Of a stretch of DNA of 64,000 nucleotides, positions 36,157 to 50,742 are shown in pieces. The first letter of the stretch is position 1; the number at the start of each line of letters is the position of its first letter. A program made the position numbers and the translations under genes. The stretch is taken from contig NC_068986.1 of NCBI RefSeq assembly GCF_001194135.2, positions 86,335,637 through 86,399,636 of the forward strand, written 5' to 3'. The DNA is from Octopus bimaculoides (lineage: Eukaryota). The notes beneath the pieces are model-generated. The model had not been told where the DNA came from. It did not search any database and saw only the letters and a program-made list of their open reading frames with translations.

Positions 36157-37545
36157 CATTATTATTATCAACAATTATAATAAGGATTTTTTCATTTGCA
36201 TAATGTCACTTTTCTGAGAGAGATGTATATTACTAAATCTTCTCTAAATTTGAATGTTCCTTGTGGTATCGAGCCTGGATAGATTAGAAAAAAATAATCT
36301 CAGCAGTAATTTACTCTGTAGTGGTGAGCTAATTAAACACCACTCAGCATTTTCCAGTATCTTGCCAATTTCTCTCTCTACTGTCCTCATTAATAATCAT
36401 AATAATATTCAAAGATTAACGAGTCCAAAAATACAGAGGATTAAACCGAGATTTGTATAATACTGCTACATACTATATGCACCCTGTTCGGCTTCGAACT
36501 CGGATCATCCATCAATACTGCAAAACAATAAAATATTATTGCAGTTCTCTGGTATCTGATGCATTTCCACGTCTCTCTTTTGATTAAATAAATGAAGTGT
36601 TTCACAGCGATTGTATTAGATATACTGAACAATAGAGTTTGTCAATAAATCTTGTTAACTAACACAGCTACACAATGTGATTTAGAAAGAAGAAAAAACG
36701 ACATCAAAATGATATATGTAGAGAGATTGATAAAGAAGTAGTAAAACAAAAAAATAACATCAGTCTATGGGTTATGGACTATGAACATTAATCCATTCTG
36801 ATCGGAGCAACAAATAATGACAAGGCTAAGAGAAAGATTAAAGAATGTAAACATGTACAGAAATGCCACTAATAGTTTGGAGAATTAAAGAACAAGTAAT
36901 TTGAGTAAAGAAGTAAAAAAAATAATACACACAACATAGGAAAATACAGCGAAAATATCGTCCGCCATATTGTGCTGGATGCGTAACAGGAAGTTCAATG
37001 AAAATAAATCCCTGGAAACAGTTTAAACAAAAAATAAAAAGGAAGAAACAAAAATGTCAAAAAGTAAGGGAAAAGTGTAATCGTTACTGTTCAGTGAAGA
37101 CAAGAAAATTGTATTTTTTCAAATAGACTATTTTCCTATTGAGTGACTGTCTTAATTTGGAAAAATCCTTTGAAGAATTTGCGAGATCAGCTTAAATGAA
37201 TGTTTTTTTTGGCTCTGTGTTTTTTTAAGATAGATGTTTTCTTTTGTTTTGACTTCTGTCGCTTTTCCACTTTTCGCAAAACGAACCACTTTGCCGTCTC
37301 ACATACATACCATCAGCACAACTAACCAAACAGCTAACCGACCGACTCTCCGTCCAACATTTTCATCGACCAAAGATATATTTTTTCCTCTTTCATCTTT
37401 CAATATATTTATTTTTCCTTTGACGTTTTCCTATTATTTACTATTATTATCGGAATCCCCGAGAAAAGAAAAGAAAATAATGTTGGAAAGTGAAGCCAAG
37501 AAATAAAATAAAATTTAAAAGGCAACAATTATACACACACACATA

Positions 37546-37576
<31 letters not shown>

Positions 37577-37627
37577 NNNNNNNNNNTATGCTCACGTAGA
37601 GACAGGCGTATATATAAACACATACAT

Positions 37628-37667
<40 letters not shown>

Positions 37668-38119
37668 AAATATTTATAAAAGTTTATATATCAATGTGTC
37701 TTTATATATAAATATATATGTGTGAGTTTTGCGTGTGTGTATGTGTATATATTTATAAATTCATATATATATATATATATGTAATTAGCATGTGTGCGTG
37801 TGTGTGCGCGTGTGTATGTGTGTGTGTGTGTTTGTGGTACAACATGAAAAAATCGTTGCCTGACCTATTCACATCTGCAACCTTGCAAATTTCTAAAGAC
37901 TGTCTTTCAACAACACAGATTTCCTCTGTCGGAACTTTATTTTTTTTTTTTTACTTTGAGCATAATACTTTCCTTAGTATTATTATTACTATTATTATCA
38001 TCATCATCATCATCATCGTTATTGTTTTTATTATTATTATTTTTTGTTGCAGACATGTTCTATATCAATATTTTCCTTTTCTTTGTCACCATTTTACTAT
38101 ATAATCTTAGGTTTTTCAA

Positions 38120-38556
<437 letters not shown>

Positions 38557-39001
38557 AAAATGTATTGAATATGTGAGTGGTACTTGTTTTTCTTTCGTCT
38601 CTTTTATCTACAAATATACATTCTTTTGATTTTTTCCTTCCGCCTTGCGATTTATTTTTGTTTTGTTTAACTTCTTCAATATCCTCTCGTTCCATTATTG
38701 TTTGGATAGTTTAATTCAATGATATTGAATAAAATCAATATTTCCTTAACTAAATTCTAAATTGGGGTAATCATAGCGATATGAAATATCTAAAATGAAG
38801 AAACTCATAAAAATTGACTTTTAAAGATTAAATATGCATCTATCCTGATATCTCTTCTTATCGATATTGTTTGGATTGCTGTAGAATAATCAGATTACGC
38901 TAATACGTCAGTAACATGTATGCTTTACATATATTTACATGTCAGCATTAACTGACACCCTTGGGTCTTATTGACACCATTACCTCTCATAACCTCTATA
39001 T

Positions 39002-39426
39002 ATTCTTTTATTCATTTACTCTTTTACATGCTTCAGTCATTTTGACTGCGGCCATGCCGGAGCACGATATTTAGTCGAGCGAATCGACAACAGAACTTTT
39101 TCTTTCTAAGCCTAGTACTTATTCTATCGATCTCTTTTGACGAACCGCTTATCTACGGGTACGTAAACACTTCAGCATCGGTTGTCAAGTGATGTTGGAG
39201 GGACAAGCACAGACAGACAAACATATACACTCATATATATACATATACACTCATATATACATACATATACAACGGGCTTCTTTCAGTTTCCGTCTAACAA
39301 ATCTACTCATAAAGCTTTGGTCGGCCCTAGGCTATAGTCGATGACACTTGCCGGAGGAGCTACGCAGTGGAATCGAACCCGGAACCATGTGGTTGGTAAG
39401 CAATTACTTACCACACAGCCACTCCT
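39002..39426 (-). mobile_element. tRNA-derived SINE with internal microsatellite (family C)
   Basis: Head AGGAGTGGCTGTGTGGTAAG..GGTTCGATTCC, internal TA/CA tract, 3' part ..GGCATGGCCGCAGTCAAAATGACTGAA. Confidence 0.85.
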
Positions 39427-39639
39427 ATATATATATATCTATATATACTTCCTGTATTTTGGTTATTTCTTTTACTTCTTTCAGTCATTCAACAACGGCC
39501 TAGTACTTATTCTACCGATCTCTTTTGTCGAACCACATGCAATTCTCTTAGGCATTGGTACCGGAAGCTCCAATACAAACATGTGAGAGTGTTTGGCTAT
39601 CAATCTGAGGACAGTGCAATCTGAGGACATGTAATGAGA

Positions 39640-40122
39640 TAGATAAAAATCAAACTTCCAGTCAACGTCGTGGGGTTTCGAGTGAACACTAGTGACGGTG
39701 ATGTTATGCTTCCATTCGTCTTTCCTCACGGTCTCAGGCCCAACACAGAGACCTACATCACGTGCTGGAGGAGGTAGCGCTGCTCTGGGTCAAGAGGGTG
39801 GCTGCTGGAAGAACCTATGTCTGGCAAGAGGACACTGCACCATGCCACATAAGCAGGAGAAACCAGCTATGTCTGTCGAACAATTTCTGCGACCGCATCA
39901 CCACTCAAATCTGGTCCACTTACTCTTCAGGCAGCAACCCACTTGATCATTATGTGTGGGGCGTAGTTGAGCAAGGGCCAGCAAAACTCTGTGTATTACG
40001 CTAAAGATGAACTGAAGGCAGCATTCAACAACTTAAACAAGGAAACCGTCCAGAAAAGTTGCAGAAGATTCCGAAGTCTTCTGGAGGCCGTAGTTGAAGC
40101 CAATGGCGATTTTATTGAATAA
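39640..40122 (+). mobile_element. maT/DD37D transposase relic
   Basis: SDGDVM.PF.FPHGL, VAAGRTYVWQEDTAPCH...NPLDHYVWG (exactly 37 residues between the two Asp), KSCRRFRSLLEAVVEANGDFIE*. Confidence 0.88.
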
Positions 40123-40718
40123 ATTTAATCTTTAGTATTTCAAGATATTTTTATGATATTTTGGTAAATATAACTGTTAAATGAGATGTCGAATGTTATT
40201 TTCATTTTTGCGTAATTTAGACGACAGGTTACACAGCCTAAGTGAATAACGAAGCATCACCTAAAAAAAGTAATGGATATTTGACTTCAGGACAGACTTC
40301 ATAGTTTCTGAGTCACACAAGCAAAATCGAAAGAACATGAAAGATTGCAGGATAAATATGTTAGATAATCAATTAAGAAACACAAAATTTTGTCTTTCGG
40401 AACCAAACTGGAATATTTACACGCAAAGTAAATGGATCTAGAAAAATAAAATTTGAAATCGAGAAAACTGCTATCCATATTTTCTAAACAAAAATTTCTC
40501 TCTGAGAGGCAAAAGATAGGCATCTGCACACACTATTATGCTTCTCCAGAATTTAAATAACAACGATCAAAGTATGTAAAATAGATTTACTTTTTATGGG
40601 AAATATATTAATTCAGTCTCAATAATTTCTGTAGGATAATAATGACAGAAAATTTATTAACAGGTACATCTAATTCTATAGTCATCAGTCCGTTTGACTT
40701 TCCTCTCTGTAATCACCG

Positions 40719-40918
40719 AGGTACAAGTCCCGAAACTTTTGGGGATAAAGATAGTCGATCAGTTCGACCCCAGCAAGCAACTGAACTTAATTGATCGACC
40801 CCGAAAGGATAAAAGGCAAAGTCGACCTCGTAGGAATTTGAACTCAGAACTTAAAGACAGACGAAATACCGCTAGGCATTTTGCCCGGCGTGCTAACGCT
40901 TCTTATTTCTTTATTGCC
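40719..40918 (-). mobile_element. Headless SINE (tail B) preceded by a tail-A remnant
   Basis: Same multimer junction at 40902/40903 (GCTAACGCTTC|TTATTTCTTTATTGCC). Confidence 0.85.
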
Positions 40919-41808
40919 TTACTGAATAATTCTTTATTCTGTCTGAAATAAGCTCACTTCTTTGACGTTTCTACTATGCTTCGGAAAGGAATGAAGATTA
41001 CAACAGATCTTGTCAACAACATAGTCGCAGTCAATCACATAAAATAATTAGTATATGTTAAAATATTGCGATATGAACAGAAAAATTGGCGGTATTCATT
41101 TGAAAGCACGATATGATTTCAATTTCCATGTATGGCCAATTCAACTCATTTCATTAAATACCATTGAGAAAAGCATGAATATTACATGAATGGATATTTA
41201 TTAGAAGCTTCAAAACATCAATGAAACAAATTTCATTTCGACAATGTAGTTTGTAAGTTTAAACCTTTCAAGTTTGACCTCACAAACTACATTGCTTATA
41301 ATTTATAGAGCCATTGTGGAGGAATAGTGGGTGGAAAAAAACTGTCAGATGGACTTTTACAGTTTTGCGAAAAATTTAAGTACACAGGCATACTAGACTG
41401 ATAATTCCACCCTGAAAATTTAAAAGAATTTTCTTTCTAATTTTGATACAATGCCATCAACTTTGATGGGAGGGAGCAAGTTCGTTATATCGACCCCGGT
41501 ATTATTTGACTGGTACTTTATTTTAAACAATGAAAGGTAAAGTTTACGTCAACAGAATATGGATTCAAAACGTAAAGTGATGGAAAAAAATCCGCTTAGC
41601 ATTTTGTCCAATGTGCTATATCAAACCATATTTCACTCCATAAACCGATTCATGTTTGATATACACCACAAATTTCAAGAACCACTTCTAGTCAATCGAT
41701 GCGATCAATAATAAGATACAAACTAAATTTCATCCATTCAGATAGTCTCTTGTGTCTTGATTTTTACCAACGGTGTTGTTAGACGTCTTGTACTGCGACC
41801 TTAAAAGA

Positions 41809-42207
41809 AATTGGGGCAAGACTTCCTTTTGTACCCCCCCCCCACAAAAAAACACCCCTTATTATTTTTTTTTTTTCAACACAAAACCCCGTTTTCGGCT
41901 ACGGAGAATACGAATAAGCAAAAAATTGGCAAAAATCGGCATTTTGAAGTTTTAAGGTTAGAGTTATGGTTAGCGTTTTAAGGTTAGGGTTACGGTTTTA
42001 CGGTTAGGGTTACGGTTTTAGGGCTAGGTTATGGGTAGGTTTAGGGTTACGGAAAAAGTGAAAACTGAAAAAAATGTGGGGGAGGGCGAAATTTCAAAAT
42101 GCCGATTTTTGTCAATTTTCCGGCATCTCCGTATCCGAAAACGGTGGTTTTTAGCATAAACAGAAAATTGGTAGAAAATGGGGGCGGGAGGAAGTCTTTC
42201 CGAAATT
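41809..42207. mobile_element. Fold-back/MITE-like element with an internal telomere-like array
   Basis: Inverted blocks AAGACTTCCT/AGGAAGTCTT and ~60-bp CCGTTTTCGG.TACGGAGA..AAAATCGGCATTTTGAA arms enclose degenerate (TTAGGG)n at 41952-42052. Confidence 0.7.
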
Positions 42208-43271
42208 GGACTTTTGCCGGGTGAAAGGAAATCAATACGATGTAGATACTGGTTTTACATTTCCTTTCCAAATGTTGCCACCCATTAAATGGTAATTCTT
42301 CAAATACAAACTTTATCTGATATACAGATTGTTTAAAAAAAAAAAAAAAAAAGCTTAAACTGAAAATAATTGAGCCCGGTGTGTATCTTTAGCCTCTGAC
42401 ACTATGAGAATCTCAAAGATGAAAGATGACTGCTTAAAAGTCTTTGTAGCTTCATGTAGGTCATATGAAGTACAAAGTTTGGGGGATCTGTTATTTTTTA
42501 TTATGGTTCTTCTTGGATTTTCCTTTTTGGTAATGCTAGCCGACAAAAATAAAATAACACAAAACATTATAAAATAACAGTAAAAGTGATGAGGAGGGCC
42601 ACCTCACTTGTTCTACTGCAATACTATTAATATTTCTTCCCCTACTTCCAGCTGCTATCTTTTCCTATCATCAACAAATTGGAGTATAATATAACACAGT
42701 ATCTTTTCTCTTTAGGCTCCCACAAATTCTGCGTCTAGTCTCTCGTATAGTGTTATCAATTGTGCTTAGGGATGTTGTTTAAAAGCTGTGACCATATGGC
42801 ATTCGTCACATTGCACAGGCCAAAACGATTTGGCAGTTCGGGGTGGCGGCAGATGTTCAGTGTATTAAAGTAAATGTTTATTGTTGACCACTTCAGACAA
42901 ACGGGGTGGTCACACGATAAGATAAAAATTAAAGAAAATAAAATTAAAATAACACGGGGCTTGGACGCTTTCATTTGGTTATTTCCATTTACTATGGAAC
43001 CAAAAGGAGTTTGGTCAAATTTCAAAAACGCCTCTACAAAAACATATACATTAATACACACACACTCACACATACATACATAAGCACAAGCATTACAGTA
43101 AGTATAAGAATTGGTTTGTGTTTCTGCGTGTGTATGCGTGTGTATACATATATATATATGCAAACATACGTACACACAATTATATATGCATATAATATAC
43201 ACATAATGTACACACACACACACACACATACACACACACACATACACACACACGCACACACACACACACAC

Positions 43272-43302
<31 letters not shown>

Positions 43303-43304
43303 CG

Positions 43305-43341
<37 letters not shown>

Positions 43342-44246
43342 ACATATACCTATATATATATACACACGCACATATATATATATACATACATACAGTTAGA
43401 TGAAATTTTAAATAGGATAGAATCTTTATAAGAATTTATCAAATAGTCAGCGTGAACAAACCTCATAAGGAAAACATATACAGATAGGGAATAGTTATGC
43501 AAATAGATAGATAGATAGATTGATATATNNNNNNNNNNNNNNNNNNNNNNNNNNNNNNNNNNNNNNNNNNNNNNNNNNNNNNNNNNNNNNNNNNNNNNNN
43601 NNNNNNNNNNNNNNNNNNNNNNNNNNNNNNNNNNNNNNNNNNNNNNNNNNNNNNNNNNNNNNNNNNNNNNNNNNNNNNNNNNNNNNNNNNNNNNNNNNNN
43701 NNNNNNNNNNNNNNNNNNNNNNNNNNNNNNNNNNNNNNNNNNNNNNNNNNNNNNNNNNNNNNNNNNNNNNNNNNNNNNNNNNNNNNNNNNNNNNNNNNNN
43801 NNNNNNNNNNNNNNNNNNNNNNNNNNNNNNNNNNNNNNNNNNNNNNNNNNNNNNNNNNNNNNNNNNNNNNNNNNNNNNNNNNNNNNNNNNNNNNNNNNNN
43901 NNNNNNNNNNNNNNNNNNNNNNNNNNNNNNNNNNNNNNNNNNNNNNNNNNNNNNNNNNNNNNNNNNNNNNNNNNNNNNNNNNNNNNNNNNNNNNNNNNNN
44001 NNNNNNNNNNNNNNNNNNNNNNNNNNNNNNNNNNNNNNNNNNNNNNNNNNNNNNNNNNNNNNNNNNNNNNNNNNNNNNNNNNNNNNNNNNNNNNNNNNNN
44101 NNNNNNNNNNNNNNNNNNNNNNNNNNNNNNNNNNNNNNNNNNNNNNNNNNNNNNNNNNNNNNNNNNNNNNNNNNNNNNNNNNNNNNNNNNNNNNNNNNNN
44201 NNNNNNNNNNNNNNNNNNNNNNNNNNNNNNNNNNNNNNNNNNNNNN

Positions 44247-44591
44247 CAGACGCGTCCACCATACACATTCTTTCGCCATAGCCACAAGTACAATGAAAAT
44301 AGCTCTTCCTTCCCGTTTAAAGGAAGGAGGCGCGACAATATTCACGATAGACTCGGCTGATAGACCGACTCGTCCCACACGCGATAGCAGTTGTTCGACG
44401 TAAGCTCACAGCTCGGAAATGGTGGGACACTGTACGAGTGCGTGCAGAACGGTTTCGTCGCTCTGCCGGCATCTCGGACAGGTCGGCCCCGTGTTTCTCG
44501 AGCCATGCCTGTAGAGCTTATCCCGAACGGGTAGTGCTTCTCGATAGCACTGCCAGGCCAGGGATCTCTGGAAGTTGTCCATAGGTCCCGA
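44247..44591 (-). mobile_element. Tx1/L1-clade LINE fragment (zf-RVT region)
   Basis: FQRSLAWQCYREALPVRDKLYRHG..PTCPRCRQSDETVLHALVQC..EQLLSRVGRVGLSAESI; joined directly to (GATA)n. Confidence 0.9.
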
Positions 44592-45882
44592 GATAGATAG
44601 ATAGATAGATATATAGATAGATAGATAGATACAAATTCATCCATATGCACTTACGTAGGTACGTGCGTACATAACTAGACATTTATATTTATATACACTC
44701 AGACATGTATGTTAATCGATGTACTAATAATACTTTATACATCTGTAGTATTCATCTGTAACTTATAAAGACTGTATTCCTAATGCGTATAAATTTTACA
44801 CATACAAATTGGGGTTTCATCCGAGTCTTAGTTGATTTCAGAAAGTTCCGATAACTTACCATTACGACTCAACATAGGTGTGTATATTATTCTGTCTACA
44901 CGGTAATACTAACCATATTTTTACATCTTCTGGTGCAAGTAGTATGTATATACATACAGTTAACCATTTTATATGTCGACATATACTTAACCAATACACG
45001 AATTTTTTGTAGTTTCTGTTTTTGCAATATGAAGTTTCCTTGTCTAAACATGATAAATATATTAAATATTAATGTTTATGTATACTATTTATAGTAACTT
45101 GACTTATATTCCATGCAGCATATACCATTATTTTAAACTGTTACTTTTCCATACACGCACCCACACAAACACACATCAGAAAAAGCAATTGGAAACCAGT
45201 ACACCTTTGTTTGTGTAGAATTTACGCAATTAAAGATGGATGTTTTGTGAAAGACTCTGCTCTGTCATTGACATTTTTTTTTTGACAGTGTTGTTGAGCT
45301 GCATTCAAAACTTCAAAACATTCTTACATATTTTCACAGTTCCAATCACAAACTAGAGTTTATTGCAAAATTATCAAAAGATATTACCTTTTACATACAA
45401 TTTTAAAAATGTTGTATTCCATTACCTGAATTTACGTGTATGGATACACATGTAACATACAATATATAATATAATATAATATATCTATATATATAAAACT
45501 GAGAATGTGTTGTTTTTCTGTATGTGTGTAAGTGTATGTGTGTGTGCATCACTAAAGCTCAAGAACTATCCAACTGATTTCATTCAAATTTTACAAACCA
45601 ATTTCAACTTCTTCCCTAACGTGAGCCCGAATCAATCTCTTATCTTGTACACTATTTCAGTATTTCAGTATTGTTTCAAAAGTGAAACAATAACATCTCG
45701 AATGTAATGTGAGATAATACTTTCAGTTTTAATAGTGAAACTATTAATACTTTCACTATGTATAGTTTCATTTCTATGTATATGAATGCCTGTATATATA
45801 TGTATACATATAGAGGTATATGTATATATGTATATATATGTATATATGTAATATATATANNNNNNNNNNNNNNNNNNNNNNN

Positions 45883-45969
<87 letters not shown>

Positions 45970-46084
45970 ATATATATATGTGTACATATGTATATATATT
46001 TATATATATATTCATGTATATACATGTTTGTTTATACATATATCTATATATGTATGCATATATATGTATGTGTTTGTGCGTGTG

Positions 46085-46292
46085 TGTGTATTTGTGTCGG
46101 TGTTTGTCTCCCGCCATCGTTTCGAAACCGATGTTAGTGTGTTTACATTCCCGTAATCTAGTGATTCGACAGAAGATATGGATAGAAGCACCAGGCTTAC
46201 AAAAATAAATCCAGGAGTCGATTTCTTCAATTGGAAGACGGTACTCCAGCATGACTACACCCAAAATGACTCAAACAAGCAACAGAATAAAT
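46085..46292 (+). mobile_element. SINE family C, 3' half
   Basis: ACCGATGTTAGTGTGTTTAC..GGTACTCCAGCATGAC..AAATGACTCAAAC. Confidence 0.75.
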
Positions 46293-46861
46293 GAGAAATA
46301 TCTATATAATAATTTTTACACTTTATTTCAAATAATTAATATTTGAAAACTTTACTCCTTCATCAAAACTGCATTCACTGCAGAATATGTTTTGATATAC
46401 TACATGTGGTTGTAAAAGACAGATGGGAATTCTACTTTACTGTATATTTCTACGAGTGTGTATATATATGTTGCTGTAGAAAGTCGCTGCTCGTATACGT
46501 AAGTGTAGATACTCGTCAATTTTTACTATGGAATATCGTTGCTGATGAGAGCGGTTTGGTATAAATTTGTTTGCCTTAAGCTTGTACACGGTTAACCAAA
46601 AGTTTAATTTATTATCTTTCTTTTGCCCGACTACTGTCCGCGTTTTTATTTTTTCGGAGATTTTAAGGTGGTAATAGCGTCTTTAAGCATCGATTTTCTA
46701 GCGCTTGGAGAGGCTTATAGACAATCCCTTGTTATAATTATGTATATAATTAATAAAATATTTCAAAAATTTACCTATAAGGTTTTTATTTCCACGCCGA
46801 CCCCCTGGTAATGTTATTAATGAATTTTAACCTTTATTATAATTAATATGTAAATAATTGA

Positions 46862-47183
46862 AAGCCTCACGTCGACCAAAGCCTTGTGAGTGGATTTTGT
46901 ACACGGAAACTGAAAGATTGTCGTATATATGTGTATATATTTTTTGTGTGTGTGATTGTGCGTGTGTGTGTGTGTATGTGTGTGTGTTTGTACTCTCACC
47001 ATTGCTTGACAACCGATGTTGCTGTGTTTACATTCCCATAACTTACCGGTTCGGTAAAAGACACTAATAGAATAAATAGCAAGCTTACAAAGAATAAATC
47101 CTGTGGTCGATTTCTTTGAGCAACAGCGGTGCTCCAGCATGGCCGCTGTCACATGACTGAAAGAAGTAAAACAATAAAAAGAA
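46862..47183 (+). mobile_element. SINE family C, 5'-truncated
   Basis: GACCAAAGCCTTGTGAGTGGATT..microsatellite..GCGGTGCTCCAGCATGGCCGC. Confidence 0.8.
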
Positions 47184-47190
47184 CTACGCC

Positions 47191-47232
<42 letters not shown>

Positions 47233-47723
47233 ATATAACTGTTCATATATTCATATATCTACGTACATACACACGCACTCACCCAGACGGACAGACAGAC
47301 AGACGCGCGCGCGCACACACACACACACACACATACACACACACACACACAAACCAATATTTTAAGAATATCAATCCCACTACAGCATTTTGCGGACAGT
47401 GATCGCCAGGCAAGCATGGAAGAGCTCATTGTCCAACACCCATCACTCTGCCTGCACATGGCAGGTTTTGCATCTGATCGGTCCGTTCTACGGGTATGAC
47501 CCAGTGACCTGTATTTGGCTTTGTCCTAGTAAACATATTTATTCTTTTGCCCGAACCAAGTATGGGTTATCCCTAGCTCTAACTCCTCACACACCTGTAA
47601 TTGGATTAGCCCATTTGCGTTGCATTTCCCCTATTGTTTGACTGCTTATGGTGAAGTTGTGCTCGGCGTGGAATGCTTTGTAGGTTCATTGCGGGACTTT
47701 GGCATTATTATTAGTTCCGATTC

Positions 47724-47970
47724 ATGACTCACTTTCTGTACTCGCGACGATTCATGAACCAAGATGACTTGGAAGCTTCAGTGAAGGAATGTTTCTCCTC
47801 GAAAGACAAGAAATTGTATCAGCGTGGGATCAAAAACCCGCAGAAAGGAGGTGTCAGACGGTGTAACACGATGGCCTCTACGTCGATTTCTTGGCTGTTT
47901 TCGTTGTAACTTGACAAATAAAGCCAATAAGTTACCAAAATATTGCTCAACTTTCGACTCAGCACAATAT
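47724..47970 (+). mobile_element. Mariner transposase C-terminal relic
   Basis: FLYSRRF...SVKECFSSKDKKLYQRGIK..ER...DGLY. Confidence 0.7.
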
Positions 47971-48130
47971 TATCATGTTTTATTTGTTATTGATTATTAT
48001 TTTCAGGTTAGTTCTGATCGAACAGAAGCATGACCAAGCAGTTGCCATATTATGTGTGAGTGTGTGTCTGTGTGTGCCTGCGCGCGTCTCTCTGTCTCTC
48101 TCTCTGTCTCTCTCTCTGTCTCTCTCTCTG

Positions 48131-48223
<93 letters not shown>

Positions 48224-49995
48224 GTCTCAGTCTCTGTCTCTGTCTCTGTCTATCTGTCTGTCTGTCTGTCTCTCTCTCTTCCGCTCTTTCTTTCACTCGC
48301 CTTCTCTCTTTGCTACCTCTGTCTCTTACAGACAGTAAACTCTATAAAATCCAACGAGAGTTGCTAACGAGCTTTAAAAAATAAATAAATACATAGAGGG
48401 CACTGACAGATCTTTGCAAAGATGCTGATGACATTAGTGTTGTTAGTGCTACTGATGATAGTGATAATAATAGTGATGATGATGATGTTGGTGATGATGA
48501 TGGTGGTGTTAGTGGTGGTGGTGACGATGATGATGATAAATTCTGTTTCAAAACTGTAAACAAACAGCTGTTTTCTTTGTTAAAAATGACGCGGGAGTAA
48601 TTATATATGTGTGTGTGTATGTGTGTGTGTGTGTATTTGTGTGAGTGTGTGCATGTGTATATTTGTGTGTAAGTATGTACATATATATATATATACATAC
48701 ATGCATTTACTCTCTCTTCTCTCTGTGTCACTCTGTTTCCGTTTCCGTCTCTCTCCCTCCCCTCTCTCTCTCTCTAGATATATATATATATATATATATA
48801 TATANNNNNNNNNNNNNNNNNNNNNNNNNNNNNNNNNNNNNNNNNNNNNNNNNNNNNNNNNNNNNNNNNNNNNNNNNNNNNNNNNNNNNGGGACTAACAA
48901 GGGGAAAATTGGGGAAAGCCTGGGGTGGGTGCCCTCTGTGTAATGATTGACAAGAAACAAAATATGAGAACTTATTTGAGGATATTTAACGTCCATTTTG
49001 GATCCATGGTTCCCATCTACCTCTCTTTTTCCGCCCCCTTTTAAATTCTATATTTTACTGTATACCTCCGGTTCCTTTCCAGGATACGACAACACGATCT
49101 CATCACAGTCATTTTTGCATTTGCCAGATCCCTGTTTTTTTTTTGTTTTGTTTTTTTTTTGTATATTCTGAAAAGAAGAAAAAAGACAAACAACACTCGG
49201 TTCCATTAGCAGATGACCTGGGATATAATATTTTAGTTGAAAGCGAATAATGAAGAAATTTATAAACAATGAGAAAGAATGAGAGGGAGAAAGGGGAGAA
49301 AAGAATAGAGAGTAGCGGATAACAGCCGGGGAGAAAGTGGGAGAGACAGGAAGAAACACAGAAACAAAAAATAAGAAGAGAGATAGAAAGCGGGGGAGGG
49401 GGAGGGAATATGTGATTATCAGCTTCCGTTGTTTTAGTGTCTGTTTTGAATTTTGTAGTATGAGTATATTGTGCGTGTCTGAATAGGAGAGGAAGACTGA
49501 ATGTACGTGTACCTACGTGAGCGTATATACATACATATGCATGCGCGCGTGTGTTTGAACTTGTGTGTTTCTGTATGTGTCCATGTGTGCATGCATGCGT
49601 GTGAACGTGAGGGAATGTGTAAATGTAGGGAAAAAGGCAAGGGCGTAAAATAGCTTATACGTTCTCAGTGCATAACAATGTGGTATTTTAGCGATCCTAA
49701 AGTCACATCCATCTTCAATAGCGATAAATATCATCCTTGTTAACTGGGTTTATTTTGTTTATATATACAGTTTCAGGAGTGTTGTGGGGTTAAGAAATGT
49801 TGTAAATAGATGTGCTAACGGAGTTAACCCTGACAGAAAATCTTAAATGAAGCGCCAAAGACATCCAGATGGCAATACCCGCCGTTTCTACAAAAGGGTT
49901 AGGTTTGAACTGTAAAGTATATAATTTGATGGGGGAGATCTCACTGCATTTTCATTCACATATCGCTTTCTCTCATTTCTTTTTCTTTTTTGCAG

Positions 49996-50192
49996 GCTTT
50001 TGTGAGGTCAATTCAGGAATCCTGCCCTTGATCGCGTTCCAGATATGATATGACATAAGCGGTCAAAACTACACTTGTAAAACGTCTTCTTGTTGTAACC
50101 TCTGATTTGGTAGCATTGGAATGTTTCAGGAAATAGTTTGTTTATTCATATACAGAATATGACGTACGTTTGTAATATTTCTATCTAGCAAG
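49996..50192 (+). other. Candidate non-coding (UTR or lncRNA) exon
   Basis: Strong acceptor TTTCTTTTTCTTTTTTGCAG and donor AAG|GTAAGT; stops in all three frames. Confidence 0.35.
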
Positions 50193-50703
50193 GTAAGTTT
50201 GTCTGTGGTGACGAAAATAATGCCGAATCACTGCGGTATCTCGAACTCCGCCTTAAGCCGGTAAATCATATGATATAAATGCATATTATTGAAGGCGAGG
50301 AGGTATTCTCCTTTGACGAAAAGCAAAAGTGATCGGGTATTCATGTTTGACTGTGTCAAAATGAAGTCAGAAGAAATAGGTGCGTTGGAGTTCTATATTC
50401 TTTTATTTAGAATGATAATATCAAACACTAATATTCTTGTTATAATCCTGCATAAAATAACATTTTTTTAATTGTTTTTATGATTTGATTTTGAAATTAA
50501 ATCCTTTTATGAGTTTTATGCATACCAAAGTTGTTACGGTCTTTTGCATTCTAGTAACTCACCGGCATAGAAGGCAATGCCAGGAACGGTCACCAAGCGG
50601 ATTCTTCGCCAATCATGAGGTATGCAGAGCGATCATCAATTTGCTTGACTTTCATTTGCTCAAACTCTATAGAATCATAGCGTACATTTTTTTTCTTTTA
50701 AAG

Positions 50704-50742
50704 GCGCACTGGATAATGTACATCTGGGTTACAAGGACGCAG
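50704..50742 (+). CDS. Candidate 39-nt exon (ALDNVHLGYKDA or MYIWVTRTQ)
   Basis: Acceptor TTTTTTTTCTTTTAAAG, donor CAG|GTAAGA. Confidence 0.3.
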
